NCBI RefSeq assembly: GCF_055900595.2
Contig: NZ_JBVWEU010000003.1
DNA: 64,000 nucleotides
Strand: one strand, 5' to 3'
From: a plasmid
Part shown: positions 29,378-39,934 of the stretch, piece after piece
Numbering within the stretch: the stretch's first letter is position 1
Layout: the number at the start of each line of letters is the position of its first letter
The notes under the pieces: generated by a model
The model's database searches: none
Seen by the model: the letters and a program-made list of their open reading frames with translations, nothing else
Told to the model about the DNA's origin: nothing
Position numbers and translations under genes: made by a program

Positions 29378-29431
29378 TTTTTGTTCCTCTGTCAGTTGGG
29401 GCCGGCAGAACGTCACCGGCAGCGGTGTGTG

Positions 29432-30250
29432 TCACATGACGTACTTTTTGTCAGGAAACGAATCCGGCAGCAGGATAAGCGCCACCCCGTCCATCTTCTC
29501 CCGCAGTGTTTTACGCTGTGCCGGCGGCCAGCGGCGCAGTGCATCAGCAAAATCCGCCGGACGCCAGGTGCGAAATTTCTCCTCAACGGCCAGACGGTTC
29601 TGTACCAGGGCATTCAGGACCGCCCGTCCCTGTCTGACACGCTTACGCTCATCGCTGAAAATTTCCTTCAGTGCCCGTGCATTGAGAGCAACTACCGAGG
29701 CCGGATGCAAATCAGGGAGCCAGACCATCACCCCCTGTGCGGCAGCGTAGCCGTTCAGGCAGTGCCAGGCGTGGCAGAAGGCACAGAGATGAAAGGGCGG
29801 GCCTTCCGGCTGCAGCAGTTCACTTTCATTTTCGCTGAGTGCATCTGTTGTGACGATTTGTGACTTTTCCACATGACGCAGGGCCAGTCGCCTGGCCGAC
29901 AGGCGGGCCTGTGCCAGGGACCGCTCCGCATCCTGCAGGGTTCGGGTGTGTTTCTTTTTTTCGTCAGCGTTTTCCGGTACCGGATGTTTTTTCAGGCGCA
30001 TCACCCGGGTGAGGTTTTTTTCCAGCAGGACGACCGTATCCCGGCAGGTGTCAGCCATCTGCTGTAATGGCAATGAATCCTCCAGAATGAAGCGGTGAGT
30101 GACGGTCCTGCGACAGCAGGGACAGCGTCCGGGTGTTGAGAGCACGGGTGGTGGCAGCAGGGATTCACCGCTGAATACCGTGTCCGGTTGCGGGAGCGGG
30201 AAAAGCCAGCGTTCCCGGGCCGGGGCGATGAGTGGCGGTGTTTTGTTCAT
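29432..30250 (-). CDS. Cys-rich (zinc-ribbon-like) transfer-region protein, possibly DotN/IcmJ-like
   Basis: 272 aa; CPCC and CAFCHAWHC motifs; assignment is positional and inferential. Confidence 0.45.
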   Translation of the reverse strand: MNKTPPLIAPARERWLFPLPQPDTVFSGESLLPPPVLSTPGRCPCCRRTVTHRFILEDSLPLQQMADTCRDTVVLLEKNLTRVMRLKKHPVPENADEKKKHTRTLQDAERSLAQARLSARRLALRHVEKSQIVTTDALSENESELLQPEGPPFHLCAFCHAWHCLNGYAAAQGVMVWLPDLHPASVVALNARALKEIFSDERKRVRQGRAVLNALVQNRLAVEEKFRTWRPADFADALRRWPPAQRKTLREKMDGVALILLPDSFPDKKYVM

Positions 30251-30472
30251 ACGTTTTTCTCTCTGTATACAGGGTGACGGCAGCCAGAATCAGTGCTGCG
30301 ATGGCGGTGGAATAACACTCTGCAAACACAAACTCCTGATTATCCCGGTTGTCGCGGGCAATCACGTTGCCGTGCTCTGTTCTGAGCAGGGTGAAAGGGG
30401 GCAGCTCACAGGACATGGTCTGGTCCTCTTCATTGTGTGAAGACGGCACCGGGAAACCGGTGCCGTTGTGGA

Positions 30473-30871
30473 TTAACTGATGGAGACCGGAGAAAGACCG
30501 AGCGTTTTCTGTCCACTGCTCATCATTTCCGGTACGACGGCAAGACAGGCACCGACCACAATGGACAGTATGCAGGCCAGCCCTGCTCCGGGTTTTTTAC
30601 CGATTTGTTTGAGGCCAAGCAGGCCGGCAATAAAGAGCACCAGGCCAATAACCTGAGCGATGGTCACAAATGAACTGCTGGAGCCTTTTGCACCATCGCC
30701 AACGGTTTTGATCATATCGAATAGGGTGTTTGCCATCGCTGTGTGGGGCAGCAGTATCACGGGAAGCAGAAGTAACAGGCGTATCAGCCGGTCACGGCAG
30801 GCCACCAGGCATAACTGAACATAAATAAATGCAGCGCACAGATGCGCCGCCATGGCACGGAATCGTGACAT
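30473..30871 (-). CDS. Small inner-membrane protein of the T4SS (traR position)
   Basis: 132 aa, three or four TM helices. Confidence 0.5.
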   Translation of the reverse strand: MSRFRAMAAHLCAAFIYVQLCLVACRDRLIRLLLLLPVILLPHTAMANTLFDMIKTVGDGAKGSSSSFVTIAQVIGLVLFIAGLLGLKQIGKKPGAGLACILSIVVGACLAVVPEMMSSGQKTLGLSPVSIS

Positions 30872-30917
30872 ATAGTCTCCTTAACTAACAGACTGAATTA
30901 CTGAAAATGAATGTGGA

Positions 30918-31448
30918 TCAGAAGGCGAGACCAAGACTCGCCAGAGAGGCATCGATGACGCGATCGATAAAAACCAGCAGAACGCCGGCAACAAACTTGA
31001 CGTTTCCTTTGCTGATGGACTCACTGCTGCTCAGGGCGGTATGCCCGTCCAGCAGGGATTTACGCCAGATGGAAATGCCGTTCATGGCAAATCCCACTCC
31101 GGCCAGTTTTACCAGTGAGAGCATGGCATTGGCGGCACCGGCAGCGGCACCAAAGGTGGTTGGTTGTACATAAGCGATAGGGCCGAAGGAATCTGCCCTG
31201 AATCCCATCTGGGTACCCCCGGCATTGATGAAGGATGGCAGGGCGACCAGCATGCCGCAGATGACGATACCGGCGATAAATTTTCCCGGTCCCATACTGC
31301 GACGTCCTTCTGCCCGGGCGCGCATCAGATGACCGATAAGGCCGATAATCCCCAGCAGCTCTCCCCAGGTAAAGAGAAACTCCATGCCTGCACTGAAAAT
31401 ACCGCTGGCAAAGTTCTCTATGGCTGTCAGGGCATCAATGCTCATCAT
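30918..31448 (-). CDS. traQ: Membrane protein of the T4SS (traQ position)
   Basis: 176 aa, multiple TM helices; positional assignment. Confidence 0.5.
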   Translation of the reverse strand: MMSIDALTAIENFASGIFSAGMEFLFTWGELLGIIGLIGHLMRARAEGRRSMGPGKFIAGIVICGMLVALPSFINAGGTQMGFRADSFGPIAYVQPTTFGAAAGAANAMLSLVKLAGVGFAMNGISIWRKSLLDGHTALSSSESISKGNVKFVAGVLLVFIDRVIDASLASLGLAF

Positions 31449-32158
31449 CGTAATGTACCGGCAGAGGTGATGACTGCCCGGCTGGACGGGTCAATCCGGG
31501 TGATGGTGATGTTTCCCAGACTGTCGCCTTCCCGTACTGCCCAGGCACTGCCCTGCCAGCGGATCCAGGCCATTCCTTTTTCCACCGACATGATTTGCAT
31601 GCCCTGCAGGCGGGAAGGCGGGGTTTTCGTTGACTGGCCGTTATTCCCGGTCGGGATTTGCAGTGGTCCCTGCATCTGCAGGGCATGCACCTGCTTACGG
31701 GTTTCATCAAGCAACTGACGGGTTTCCTGTGCCCAGGCCTCATCTTTCCGTATGGTGTCGCCAAGGGTTGTGATGCTCTCTTTCAGCATGGTCAGGGTAC
31801 GTCGGATTTCCTCATCCCGCCTGTCCAGCTCTGCTTTCAGGTCACGGGCAAGCTGCTGCATGTCTGCCTGTGGGGTGACAGGAGGCGCGGACATGGTGTT
31901 TCCGCTCCCGGTCTCCGTTATGGGCATGGGCTCTGCCCAGCTTTCGGCTGCGGGCGGTGTGACATCGAAGCCTGCATCTGCAGGGGGCTCTGAGGGTGTC
32001 CGCAGAAACTTGTACCAGATGGCGGCCAGGATGATGAGGGCACAGCCGGCCCAGACCGGCAGGCTGTATCCCATATACTGGCGTTTCAGGAAGGATTTGC
32101 CGGATGCCGGTGCCGGCGTTTCGCCAAAGCTGCCGGGATCTTCATGTTCGTTTTTCAT
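31445..32158 (-). CDS. traP: TraP-position bitopic membrane protein
   Basis: 237 aa; one TM helix and a coiled-coil region; positional assignment. Confidence 0.55.
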   Translation of the reverse strand: MKNEHEDPGSFGETPAPASGKSFLKRQYMGYSLPVWAGCALIILAAIWYKFLRTPSEPPADAGFDVTPPAAESWAEPMPITETGSGNTMSAPPVTPQADMQQLARDLKAELDRRDEEIRRTLTMLKESITTLGDTIRKDEAWAQETRQLLDETRKQVHALQMQGPLQIPTGNNGQSTKTPPSRLQGMQIMSVEKGMAWIRWQGSAWAVREGDSLGNITITRIDPSSRAVITSAGTLR

Positions 32159-33486
32159 GGATAACTTTCCTGTTGTATGCCGTAGCGTTGCCGCATTTCA
32201 TTCTGTTTACGGAGGACAGCTGCCTGGATTCTGTCAGAGGCCTGGTGCTCGGCCTCCGCCTGGGTGAGCGGACGTCCTGAGGATGGTGGCACTGAAGGGA
32301 TACTCCCGGAGGAGGTGGGACTGATATCGTTGCTCATGACCGGCTCAACAAACAGAATTGAGACGACCTCGCCCCGTGATACTGTCACCTGACGGTAAGG
32401 TTCGCTCTCTGCCTGGCGGGTCAGCAGCTCGCTGCCCCGTTCGGCCATGCCGCCTGCCATGACGCCGGCCAGCGCCCTGCCATCAGGCATTCCCACCCTG
32501 CCGGTAAGACTGCCGTAGTTTCCCTGAAGGATCTGTGTGTTGGCGTCTTTGTAAAGACTCCCTCCCTTTCCCGCACCGCCAAGTATGGACGGCAGAACAA
32601 TGTGCTTAAACCAGCGGTGGTTCACGTCGCTGGCCACGGTTGACATTCCTGTTCGTTCATTCAGGGCATATGCATTGACCTTCAGAAACATGCCCCGCCA
32701 CATCATCCGGTCAAAGTGGATATCCATTCCCTTGCCGGCGAGTCTGGCGTCCTGGCTGTAGAGAACGGCTCCGGCCCATGGCCCGGCAGGTACGGAGGCC
32801 ACCACGCGGGAGACCGCATTGTCAGAGTCCACTTCGGTGTCGATGTAAGCCGGTACGCGGGTCAGTGCCGGTATCAGCTGGATCCCCTGACGTGTAGCCG
32901 GTGTTGCCAGACTCGTCTCCTGCAGACGGGGATGCTGTGATGTAACGGTACCGGACGGTGACGCATGAGGGGCTGTCCCGGGCGCGCCGGTGGTGCTCCA
33001 CATGGCAGCTGCCACTACCGGTGGCCGGGCATCCTGATGCTGTGTGTTGATACGGGCAAGCAGTTTCTGTAATGCCTCACGCCGTTTTTCCCGGGCCGTC
33101 TGATCTTCCTGAGGAGGGGATGCGTTTTGCCCGGAAGTGCCTGACTGATCATCGGGGGGATTATCCCTTTTCTGATCGTTTCCGGTATCGGTATCCAGTC
33201 CCCGGGGCAGACTGGCGATAAACGTCTCGTTATTACGTAACGCTTCTGCAGCACCACGTTCATTGTCAGCCCGCAGTAAATCCCGGTAGTGCTGTGTCTC
33301 CATCACGTTCCGTCCGCCGCCGGACGTTGTGCTGTTGATATTGACTGACGAGAGCGATGCGCTGTTTTCGGGGGAAAGCCAGGTGAGCAGCAGGTATCCG
33401 CCCCCGATGATAATCACGCCCCCGAGAACCAGCAGGGCTGACAGTTTTTTGCCGGACTTTGCGGCTGTGTCCTGTTCTGCGCTCAT
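32155..33486 (-). CDS. traO: TraO (DotG/IcmE-, VirB10-like)
   Basis: 443 aa; N-terminal TM helix, Pro/Gln-rich linker, conserved C-terminal domain; size as R64 TraO. Confidence 0.75.
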   Translation of the reverse strand: MSAEQDTAAKSGKKLSALLVLGGVIIIGGGYLLLTWLSPENSASLSSVNINSTTSGGGRNVMETQHYRDLLRADNERGAAEALRNNETFIASLPRGLDTDTGNDQKRDNPPDDQSGTSGQNASPPQEDQTAREKRREALQKLLARINTQHQDARPPVVAAAMWSTTGAPGTAPHASPSGTVTSQHPRLQETSLATPATRQGIQLIPALTRVPAYIDTEVDSDNAVSRVVASVPAGPWAGAVLYSQDARLAGKGMDIHFDRMMWRGMFLKVNAYALNERTGMSTVASDVNHRWFKHIVLPSILGGAGKGGSLYKDANTQILQGNYGSLTGRVGMPDGRALAGVMAGGMAERGSELLTRQAESEPYRQVTVSRGEVVSILFVEPVMSNDISPTSSGSIPSVPPSSGRPLTQAEAEHQASDRIQAAVLRKQNEMRQRYGIQQESYP

Positions 33487-33489
33487 GAT

Positions 33490-34464
33490 TTACTCCAGTT
33501 CAGGGGTGACGTGAATGGACTGACCATTCACGGAGAAGGTGAGTAAGGGAGTCACCGGCAGTTTCCACAGACGCGTACCGTCAGCAGATGCCAGCGTCTG
33601 TTCAAATTCATCCCGCAGCATGGCCCGCGATCGCACGAGCAGATCATCGCCGTGCTGCCAGATGGTGGTGTCCGGAACATTTCCGGAGAATTTCAGCCGA
33701 CGCACGGTGGGATCATCGGGAGGAACACCGTCCAGAAAGGCCTGCAGGGTGGCATCATGCAGGGCAATCTTCTCTGATGGTACGGCTACCACAGGACTGG
33801 CAGGTCCCTGACGGGGAATGCGCAGATCCAGACGGCTGTCGATCTCCTGACTCAGGGTATTGGTGTCGGTTTCACCACTGGTGATATTCAGAATGACCGG
33901 TACAGACAGTCCTTTGAGGTAGACCGTTACATTCCCTGCAGCCCAGGCGCGCAGGGGGGTGACGGAGACCATATTGCCGTTGAACTGCACATCAAAGTGA
34001 CCGGGTGCCGCGTTATAAGGCGGATCCGACTGAGGCCACGGGGAGCCGTTGATGTCCGTGAACGTTACCACGCTGACGTTATGCAGTGCGGTTCGGACAA
34101 GCGGCAGACTGGCCCCGGGTGACAGATTTACCGTGAGGGAGCTGATACGGGGCACCACACTGGTGACAGGTGCGCTGATGGCCCGTTCGTTATCGGCCAT
34201 TCGTCCCCGCAGTTCCCGAATTTCACCTGCATTCAGGGGGGAATCCAGTGATGCGGCTTCCTGAACAAGAGGAGAGGCAGGTGGCGGCAGGGGGCCTGTG
34301 AGTTGTGTGGCTGGCGGGGGGCCGCCTGCGGGGGCGCTCCCGGGAGTCTGTCCTGTCTTTCCGCCAGCCTGTGGGGTTCGTGCGTTCTGCCAGCCCGGGT
34401 TATCTGCAGCCGTGACAGTGCCGCACACAATAAGCAGTGCGCCAAGAAGATGATGTATTTGCAT
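33490..34464 (-). CDS. traN: TraN (DotH/IcmK-like secreted protein)
   Basis: Start at MQIHHLLGALLIVCGTVTAA signal peptide (ATG 34464); about 324 aa. Confidence 0.7.
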   Translation of the reverse strand: MQIHHLLGALLIVCGTVTAADNPGWQNARTPQAGGKTGQTPGSAPAGGPPPATQLTGPLPPPASPLVQEAASLDSPLNAGEIRELRGRMADNERAISAPVTSVVPRISSLTVNLSPGASLPLVRTALHNVSVVTFTDINGSPWPQSDPPYNAAPGHFDVQFNGNMVSVTPLRAWAAGNVTVYLKGLSVPVILNITSGETDTNTLSQEIDSRLDLRIPRQGPASPVVAVPSEKIALHDATLQAFLDGVPPDDPTVRRLKFSGNVPDTTIWQHGDDLLVRSRAMLRDEFEQTLASADGTRLWKLPVTPLLTFSVNGQSIHVTPELE

Positions 34465-34474
34465 GATATGAGTC

Positions 34475-35170
34475 TCAGATTCCTGCTGCGGCGTTACGGG
34501 AAACCATCTGGCTGATTTCCATGCCGCCGGGTTTGATTCGTGGGTCCACGCGCCGGACAGTGATTTCAAAGGTGAAGGCCTGCTCGGGGCGGGTGCTGGT
34601 CTGACCGACCAGACGCATCCTGACCGGATACTGGAATTTCCAGAACCAGATGCCGTTTTCCATCTGGCCCTGATTCACCAGCGTGCCGGCCCCGATAGTG
34701 GTTGTGAGGTTAAATTTCTCCTTTTTAATGGTGTCCAGAATGTTGGAGGCCTGAAGAGCATTCACATAGCCGGCAAAACCGGCTTCGGAAAAGCGTGGAG
34801 CCAGTGTCGTGATTTGTTTCCTGTAGTGGACAAAATCCAGATTAAAAGCTTCGCTCAGCGTCATGCTGCCAAACGTCATGACGTCGCTCTGACTCCAGGC
34901 TGGCTGACTGGTGGGGGCCAGGCGGACCAGCCGGCCATTGTCGGTGGCAAAGTATTCGCGCGTCACGTCGGTGGCATGCCAGTACTGTATGATATTGCCG
35001 GTCAGACTGATGACGAGAGCTGCGCTGCTACACAGCAAGGCCCTGACCAGTCCGGGAACCAGTGCGGCCCGTTGTTCTGACTGTGCGATGGTTCTGAGCA
35101 CGGGGTTATAAATATCTCCGCTGTTATCCGCTTCCGGTGAGACAGGGGAGGTGGGTTGTGCTTCGCTCAT
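34475..35170 (-). CDS. traM: TraM (DotI/IcmL-like)
   Basis: 231 aa; one TM helix; size as R64 TraM. Confidence 0.7.
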   Translation of the reverse strand: MSEAQPTSPVSPEADNSGDIYNPVLRTIAQSEQRAALVPGLVRALLCSSAALVISLTGNIIQYWHATDVTREYFATDNGRLVRLAPTSQPAWSQSDVMTFGSMTLSEAFNLDFVHYRKQITTLAPRFSEAGFAGYVNALQASNILDTIKKEKFNLTTTIGAGTLVNQGQMENGIWFWKFQYPVRMRLVGQTSTRPEQAFTFEITVRRVDPRIKPGGMEISQMVSRNAAAGI

Positions 35171-35181
35171 GGTGCTCCTGT

Positions 35182-35532
35182 TCAGAGGTTATAGTCTTTC
35201 CAGGGGTCGATATTCCCCGGCAGATGTTCATTCACCCGATCCACGACGGCATCACAGACCTGGTTTTCCAGGTCGCGGAGGAGTTTGTCCAGGCTGGGGA
35301 ACTGCGGAAGAGTGATGCTGACGTCCTTGATGCGGGACAGGCAGGACTGCAGGGAAGAGGCGACGTCATTCTCCCGCTGTGACCATGCCTGGCTGGCTGT
35401 GCGCGCCCGCTCCCAGGCGGCTCTGCTGCCGGCTTCGGCAGCGGCCCCCGCCCGGCAGGTGGCGGCACCTGCCACCGGTGATGCCAGGGTGATGCCGGTC
35501 AGTATGACCAGCAGCGTTTTTTTCATGTTCAT
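35182..35532 (-). CDS. traL: TraL small secreted protein
   Basis: 116 aa from ATGAACATGAAAAAA; signal peptide MNMKKTLLVILTGITLASPVAGAA. Confidence 0.7.
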   Translation of the reverse strand: MNMKKTLLVILTGITLASPVAGAATCRAGAAAEAGSRAAWERARTASQAWSQRENDVASSLQSCLSRIKDVSITLPQFPSLDKLLRDLENQVCDAVVDRVNEHLPGNIDPWKDYNL

Positions 35533-35548
35533 GGTCGTCCTTACCGGC

Positions 35549-38500
35549 TCATCGGCCGGGGCTGTGAGATTGTGCCTGTTGCAGAGTTTTTTCCTGCCTG
35601 TCCTCCGCCTTTTGGCTGTCAGACCACTCTTTCCAGGTCTGCTCAAAACCCAGAGAGCGGAAAAGCTTGTCCGGCTGCTCTTCCGGTTTATGGATGGCGG
35701 CAAACAACGGCGTATCCTGTTGCTTCAGGTGAAACTGCATCATTTGTGGGGCCGGACGCTGATGAGTATTCTCATCGTGGTTGACAGCTTCACCGTAGCC
35801 GGCAAACTGCAGACCGTTATCCGTCAGTGCATTGATGACCAGCTGACGGTTGTTTGTTGTCGGGGTGGCCAGTGCCGGGTAGAGGGTGCCGTTCAGACGG
35901 ACCACTCCCTGCAGATGCTCATCTGCGCTGTGGACCAGCAGAAGATTCAACTGACGATTGTCCTTATCGGCGGAGGCGACGGCAGGAATCAGTTCATCGG
36001 GGGCTTTACCAGCGAGGGGGAGTCGCATTGATTGATCCTGAGGTTCTGATGCAGGTTGCCTGTCTTCACCAATGTACAGATTATTGGGAGGATTTTTGGG
36101 GGAACGAACTTCCTGCATTATCTGTGGCCAGTGTTGCTGCATTTGTGACATTACCTGACTGAATGTTTTCATCGGAAATTCCAGGATATGCTGACCAGCA
36201 TGAGGAAGGTCATTATCGACGGTAATGCCGTTACTGACAGGAGTCATGGCCCAGATATTTCGCACCCATTCCGGTTTGCCCGGTGATGAAGGTGATCTCT
36301 CCCGGGCCTGCAATGTCAGCGTGACGGGGTCGCCTTTCTGGTGGTTTTTGACCAGTTCTTCCAGGCCTTTTCCCCAGTATTCCCGTTTGCCACTGCGGTT
36401 GGTGAGCTCCACAAAAAAGCAGCGCCCTTTTCCGGGCGCATACTCTTTTTCTCCGTAGTTTGTCAGGACGGCAGTCACACTTTCACCGGGGCTGAGCTTG
36501 CCGGGCGGCTCTTCCTCCGGTGTGTCGGGTTGCTGCGGCTGTGCACTGACAGGGGCTTTTTCTGGCGCTGACGACGGGGCGGCTGGTTGTTCCGGTCTGT
36601 CGGCCCGGGGGGCTTCAGCTTTTGCCGTGACCGGCGCTTCCGGATGCGGTGTTTCAGCCGTACTGCCTGCTGTTTGTTCAGCCTCTGCCTTCGGTGACAC
36701 AGGGGGTTCCGGTTGTGCCATTGTTGTTTCTTCCGGTGACTGGCGGTTGAGTTCCGGCGTGGGTCTGTGGGTGACAATGGCATCATGCACCATCTCTTTT
36801 TCCTTGCGGAGTTTTTCCAGTGCTGCCCTCTGGGCCGGGAGTTTCATGCGAACCTTGATGTCGTATTCGACAATCAGCTGCATGGCTTTTTGTTTAAAGG
36901 CATCACTGCCGGTCAGCTCGATAACGCCGCCATAGAAGTTGGTGGCCACAGCAAGGGCAGCCAGAACCTTTTTGTCATCCGCGCTGGCACCATCCACCAT
37001 TTCGAGACAATAGAGTCTGTCCAGGAAGGCTGGTTCGCCGTCAACACGGAAGAGCGCTGTCCTGTCGGGAAACTCTTCGTGCTCAAGATTTTTAATAATC
37101 TCGTCCAGGTTGTGCCGCTGCGGACTGTCGGGACGGCGGGGCGCAAAGATAATCGTGTCCGGTTCCGCTGACGATGTGTCTTCCGGGCTGTTTTCCGGTG
37201 GTGATGGTGGTGCGACCTCCTCTGTTGCTGTTTCAGCCTCCGTGGGCTTTTTCTCCTGAATAACGGAAGGTTCTGAGGTGCGTGATTTCCCACCGGTCAG
37301 AAAACGGCGCAGACGGCTGAAAAGCGATGGCGTTTCAGGGGGGGCTGCTTCATTCGCTGTGCTGGTCTCAGTGGCGGACACAAGACGCTCTTCCTGCAGT
37401 TTATCTTCAGCCGTCGGTTCAGCGGTGGCCTGCCGGACTGGCTGAGTTTCTGCTGGTTCAGAAGGTGAGGCTGTTTCTGCTGTGCCGGTGTTGTGAACAG
37501 TGGCAGCAACCGTGGCATCGGCATTGAGCTCCTCAGGCGGTGCGTCACGGTTGTTATCGGGGACGGCAGAGGCACTCTTTTCACTGGTATCCGTTGCAGA
37601 CAGAACATCCTCTTCCTGCGGTTTATTTTCTGCCGTTGCTTCAGGGGTTGCCTGCTGAACAGGCTCAGTCCCGGCAGGTTCAGAAGGTGAGGCTGTTTCT
37701 GTTGTATCGGTGTGGTGAGCCGTGGTCATCACAGTGGCATCAGCGTTGAGGTCTTCCGCAAATGCGCTCCAGTCGTCAGCGCTGGCCATGGAGACCTGCA
37801 GTTGTTCTTCAGTCTGCGTTGTGGTGGTGTGCTGTGTCCCGGTCGCGTCGGAGACGGAGGTTTCCGGTGTGTCGTCACCTGGGGAGAGCTCTTCTGCCTG
37901 TACGCTCTGGTTGTCAGCGGTGGTGGCAGAGGCATTTTTTTCACCGGTATCAGCGGCAGGTATAACGCTCTCCTGAGGTTTGTCTTCTGCTGTTGGTTCA
38001 GGGGAGGACTTCTGAACAGGCTGAATCTCTGCAGGTTCAGGAAGCGTTCCTGTTTCTGCTGTGTTGGTGTTGTGAGCGGTGTCTGTACCTGTGGCGTCTG
38101 TATTGAGGTCTTCCTGGTCGCCAGCGGTAGCCGCAGAGGTATTCTCTGTGCCGGTATCAGCGGCAGACGCAATATTCTCCAGTGGTTTATCCGGGGATAA
38201 CGTCTCCGTAGTTACTGACTGCAGGGATGCATAGGCGGCATAGTCATCTTCATATGCCTGGTTTTCTGTCTCTTCAGTGTGGATGTCATAAGGCGTATCC
38301 GGTGTCGCCAGCACCGTTTCCGGGGCTGTGCTCTGTTTGTTTTCAGGGGACATTTGTGGCTTCTCATCTTTTACCGGTGTGAATATCAGGTTGCCGATCA
38401 CGACAGCCTCACGGTGGTCGGCAGTGTCACTGTTGGGTGTGGGGATACCGATATGTTTTAACTGTGCGTTCATGACATGCTGAAAGTCGTCCCGTCCCCG

Positions 38501-39580
38501 GCTGGCGTCCAGGTCATTGAAATCGGTCAGTCCCTGTGCTTTTTCCTCCTCCGTAAAGGCCGGAATAATGACTTCGCCATTCGTGACTTCTGCGGCTTTT
38601 GTTGCACTAAAAACCCCCTTGTTAATTTCCCGTTGATGATCGTTGTCGGCACAGAAGACAAAGGGGCTGTCAGTCCAGATTTGGCGGGCATTTTCTGCCA
38701 CGGCAATCATATTGCCGGCATCAACTGTCATCAGAACCGGAAGGCCGGTGGCTTCGTGCAGGGAGGCGGCAGTAGCGTAACCTTCCGCAAATAACAGGGG
38801 ACGGCCATTTTCCGGGGTTCCGAAGGTGAACCAGTTGCCGGTTTTCTCGGAGTCTTTCAGAATGCGGGCATCCTTCCCGCCGGTGACCGGAATACGCTGG
38901 TACGAACGTATTTCCCCCCGGCCGTTGCTGAAGGGAATAACCAGCTCATTTTTATTGTTCAGCCGCACGCCAGGCGCGGCCCGGATGCCCTTGCGCGTCA
39001 GGTATTCATGTGCTGTTGCCTGTGGCAACCCGTTAATATAGGAGCGGGCATACCGGGCCTGTTTGTTGTACTGTTGCTGCAGTTTACGTGCGTTATCATC
39101 GCGCTGTTGCTGAGCGAATGCCCGCAGATGCAGTCTGGCCAGAGGATCGTGTTGTTCTCCGCCGGAAAATACCCAGTTTGTGGGACTGTCATCGGCGCTC
39201 CGGTAGTCGCGGTACCAGCCAGCGGGGCGCCCATCAAGATAGGCTTTGTATGCGCCACTTTTGGCCCCTTTTTTGTCATCCCGGGTGGCGACTCTGTGTA
39301 TGGCGCCATCCATCTGTGGCAATCCCTGAATAACCAGCCCGGCGTTTTCCAGGACCTGAGCAAATTCGGTGACCGGATCGCCGGCATCCATCGACAGTTC
39401 CTGCGGCCGGGGTAACCAGCGCTCCAGCAGAGAAAGTTCGGTACCTGCCCGGGCATACCAGAGTTTTTTTTCTGGATCCCATGCGACAGCTTTGCGGCCA
39501 TTTAACGGGGGTACTGCATTTTTTACGGCTTCTGTCTCCTCAGGCGGGACAGCAAGCCAGGTACGATATCTGGACTTCAT
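35549..39580 (-). CDS. sog: Sog DNA primase (TOPRIM primase transferred to the recipient), with an internal low-complexity repeat linker
   Basis: 1343 aa; N-terminal primase/TOPRIM-like region (LLFAEGYATAASL...FCADNDHQ); position between traL and traK as in R64. Confidence 0.85.
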   Translation of the reverse strand: MKSRYRTWLAVPPEETEAVKNAVPPLNGRKAVAWDPEKKLWYARAGTELSLLERWLPRPQELSMDAGDPVTEFAQVLENAGLVIQGLPQMDGAIHRVATRDDKKGAKSGAYKAYLDGRPAGWYRDYRSADDSPTNWVFSGGEQHDPLARLHLRAFAQQQRDDNARKLQQQYNKQARYARSYINGLPQATAHEYLTRKGIRAAPGVRLNNKNELVIPFSNGRGEIRSYQRIPVTGGKDARILKDSEKTGNWFTFGTPENGRPLLFAEGYATAASLHEATGLPVLMTVDAGNMIAVAENARQIWTDSPFVFCADNDHQREINKGVFSATKAAEVTNGEVIIPAFTEEEKAQGLTDFNDLDASRGRDDFQHVMNAQLKHIGIPTPNSDTADHREAVVIGNLIFTPVKDEKPQMSPENKQSTAPETVLATPDTPYDIHTEETENQAYEDDYAAYASLQSVTTETLSPDKPLENIASAADTGTENTSAATAGDQEDLNTDATGTDTAHNTNTAETGTLPEPAEIQPVQKSSPEPTAEDKPQESVIPAADTGEKNASATTADNQSVQAEELSPGDDTPETSVSDATGTQHTTTTQTEEQLQVSMASADDWSAFAEDLNADATVMTTAHHTDTTETASPSEPAGTEPVQQATPEATAENKPQEEDVLSATDTSEKSASAVPDNNRDAPPEELNADATVAATVHNTGTAETASPSEPAETQPVRQATAEPTAEDKLQEERLVSATETSTANEAAPPETPSLFSRLRRFLTGGKSRTSEPSVIQEKKPTEAETATEEVAPPSPPENSPEDTSSAEPDTIIFAPRRPDSPQRHNLDEIIKNLEHEEFPDRTALFRVDGEPAFLDRLYCLEMVDGASADDKKVLAALAVATNFYGGVIELTGSDAFKQKAMQLIVEYDIKVRMKLPAQRAALEKLRKEKEMVHDAIVTHRPTPELNRQSPEETTMAQPEPPVSPKAEAEQTAGSTAETPHPEAPVTAKAEAPRADRPEQPAAPSSAPEKAPVSAQPQQPDTPEEEPPGKLSPGESVTAVLTNYGEKEYAPGKGRCFFVELTNRSGKREYWGKGLEELVKNHQKGDPVTLTLQARERSPSSPGKPEWVRNIWAMTPVSNGITVDNDLPHAGQHILEFPMKTFSQVMSQMQQHWPQIMQEVRSPKNPPNNLYIGEDRQPASEPQDQSMRLPLAGKAPDELIPAVASADKDNRQLNLLLVHSADEHLQGVVRLNGTLYPALATPTTNNRQLVINALTDNGLQFAGYGEAVNHDENTHQRPAPQMMQFHLKQQDTPLFAAIHKPEEQPDKLFRSLGFEQTWKEWSDSQKAEDRQEKTLQQAQSHSPGR
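37330..38190 (-). repeat. Three tandem copies of a roughly 225-bp unit inside sog, encoding a Thr/Ala/Glu/Pro-rich linker
   Basis: Protein repeats of the form LNADATV.TAH.T.TAETASPSEPA.T.PV.QAT.E.TAE.K.QEE; the many overlapping antisense ORFs in the track here are repeat artefacts. Confidence 0.7.
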
Positions 39581-39643
39581 GTCGTTCTCCGGGGATTAAA
39601 GATGAGGGCGTTGTGATACGCCGGGATGATGGACAAAAGAGGG

Positions 39644-39934
39644 CTATTCTGGTCCGTGCCATTCACGGGGTAATTCTGTGCGGTGTCGGTACCACCAGGG
39701 ACGTCCTGATGCCTGCTTACCCTGAAGCAGGCTGTACAGACGTATACAGAGGGTGCGGACTGTCCAGCCGGAATATCCCAGGAGCATAAAAAACAGCAGA
39801 ATGCCGCTGCACACCCAGAATGTTGTTTTTGACGGATACGGAAACAACAGCAGGTAAATCATGGTAAACGGCAGGGGGACACCATAAATGTTGAGCGGTG
39901 GAGTTACATCCCGCCAGAAGCCTTCGCGTTTCAT
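39644..39934 (-). CDS. traK: TraK (IcmT-like small membrane protein)
   Basis: 96 aa, two TM helices; start overlaps the traJ stop. Confidence 0.7.
   Translation of the reverse strand: MKREGFWRDVTPPLNIYGVPLPFTMIYLLLFPYPSKTTFWVCSGILLFFMLLGYSGWTVRTLCIRLYSLLQGKQASGRPWWYRHRTELPREWHGPE

Noticed and set aside
35549-39580. Multiple + strand ORFs within sog (for example 36767-37171, 37712-38200, 39008-39415)
   Set aside because: They are antisense to a single continuous 1343-aa primase ORF with strong N-terminal primase motifs; several are repeat-derived.
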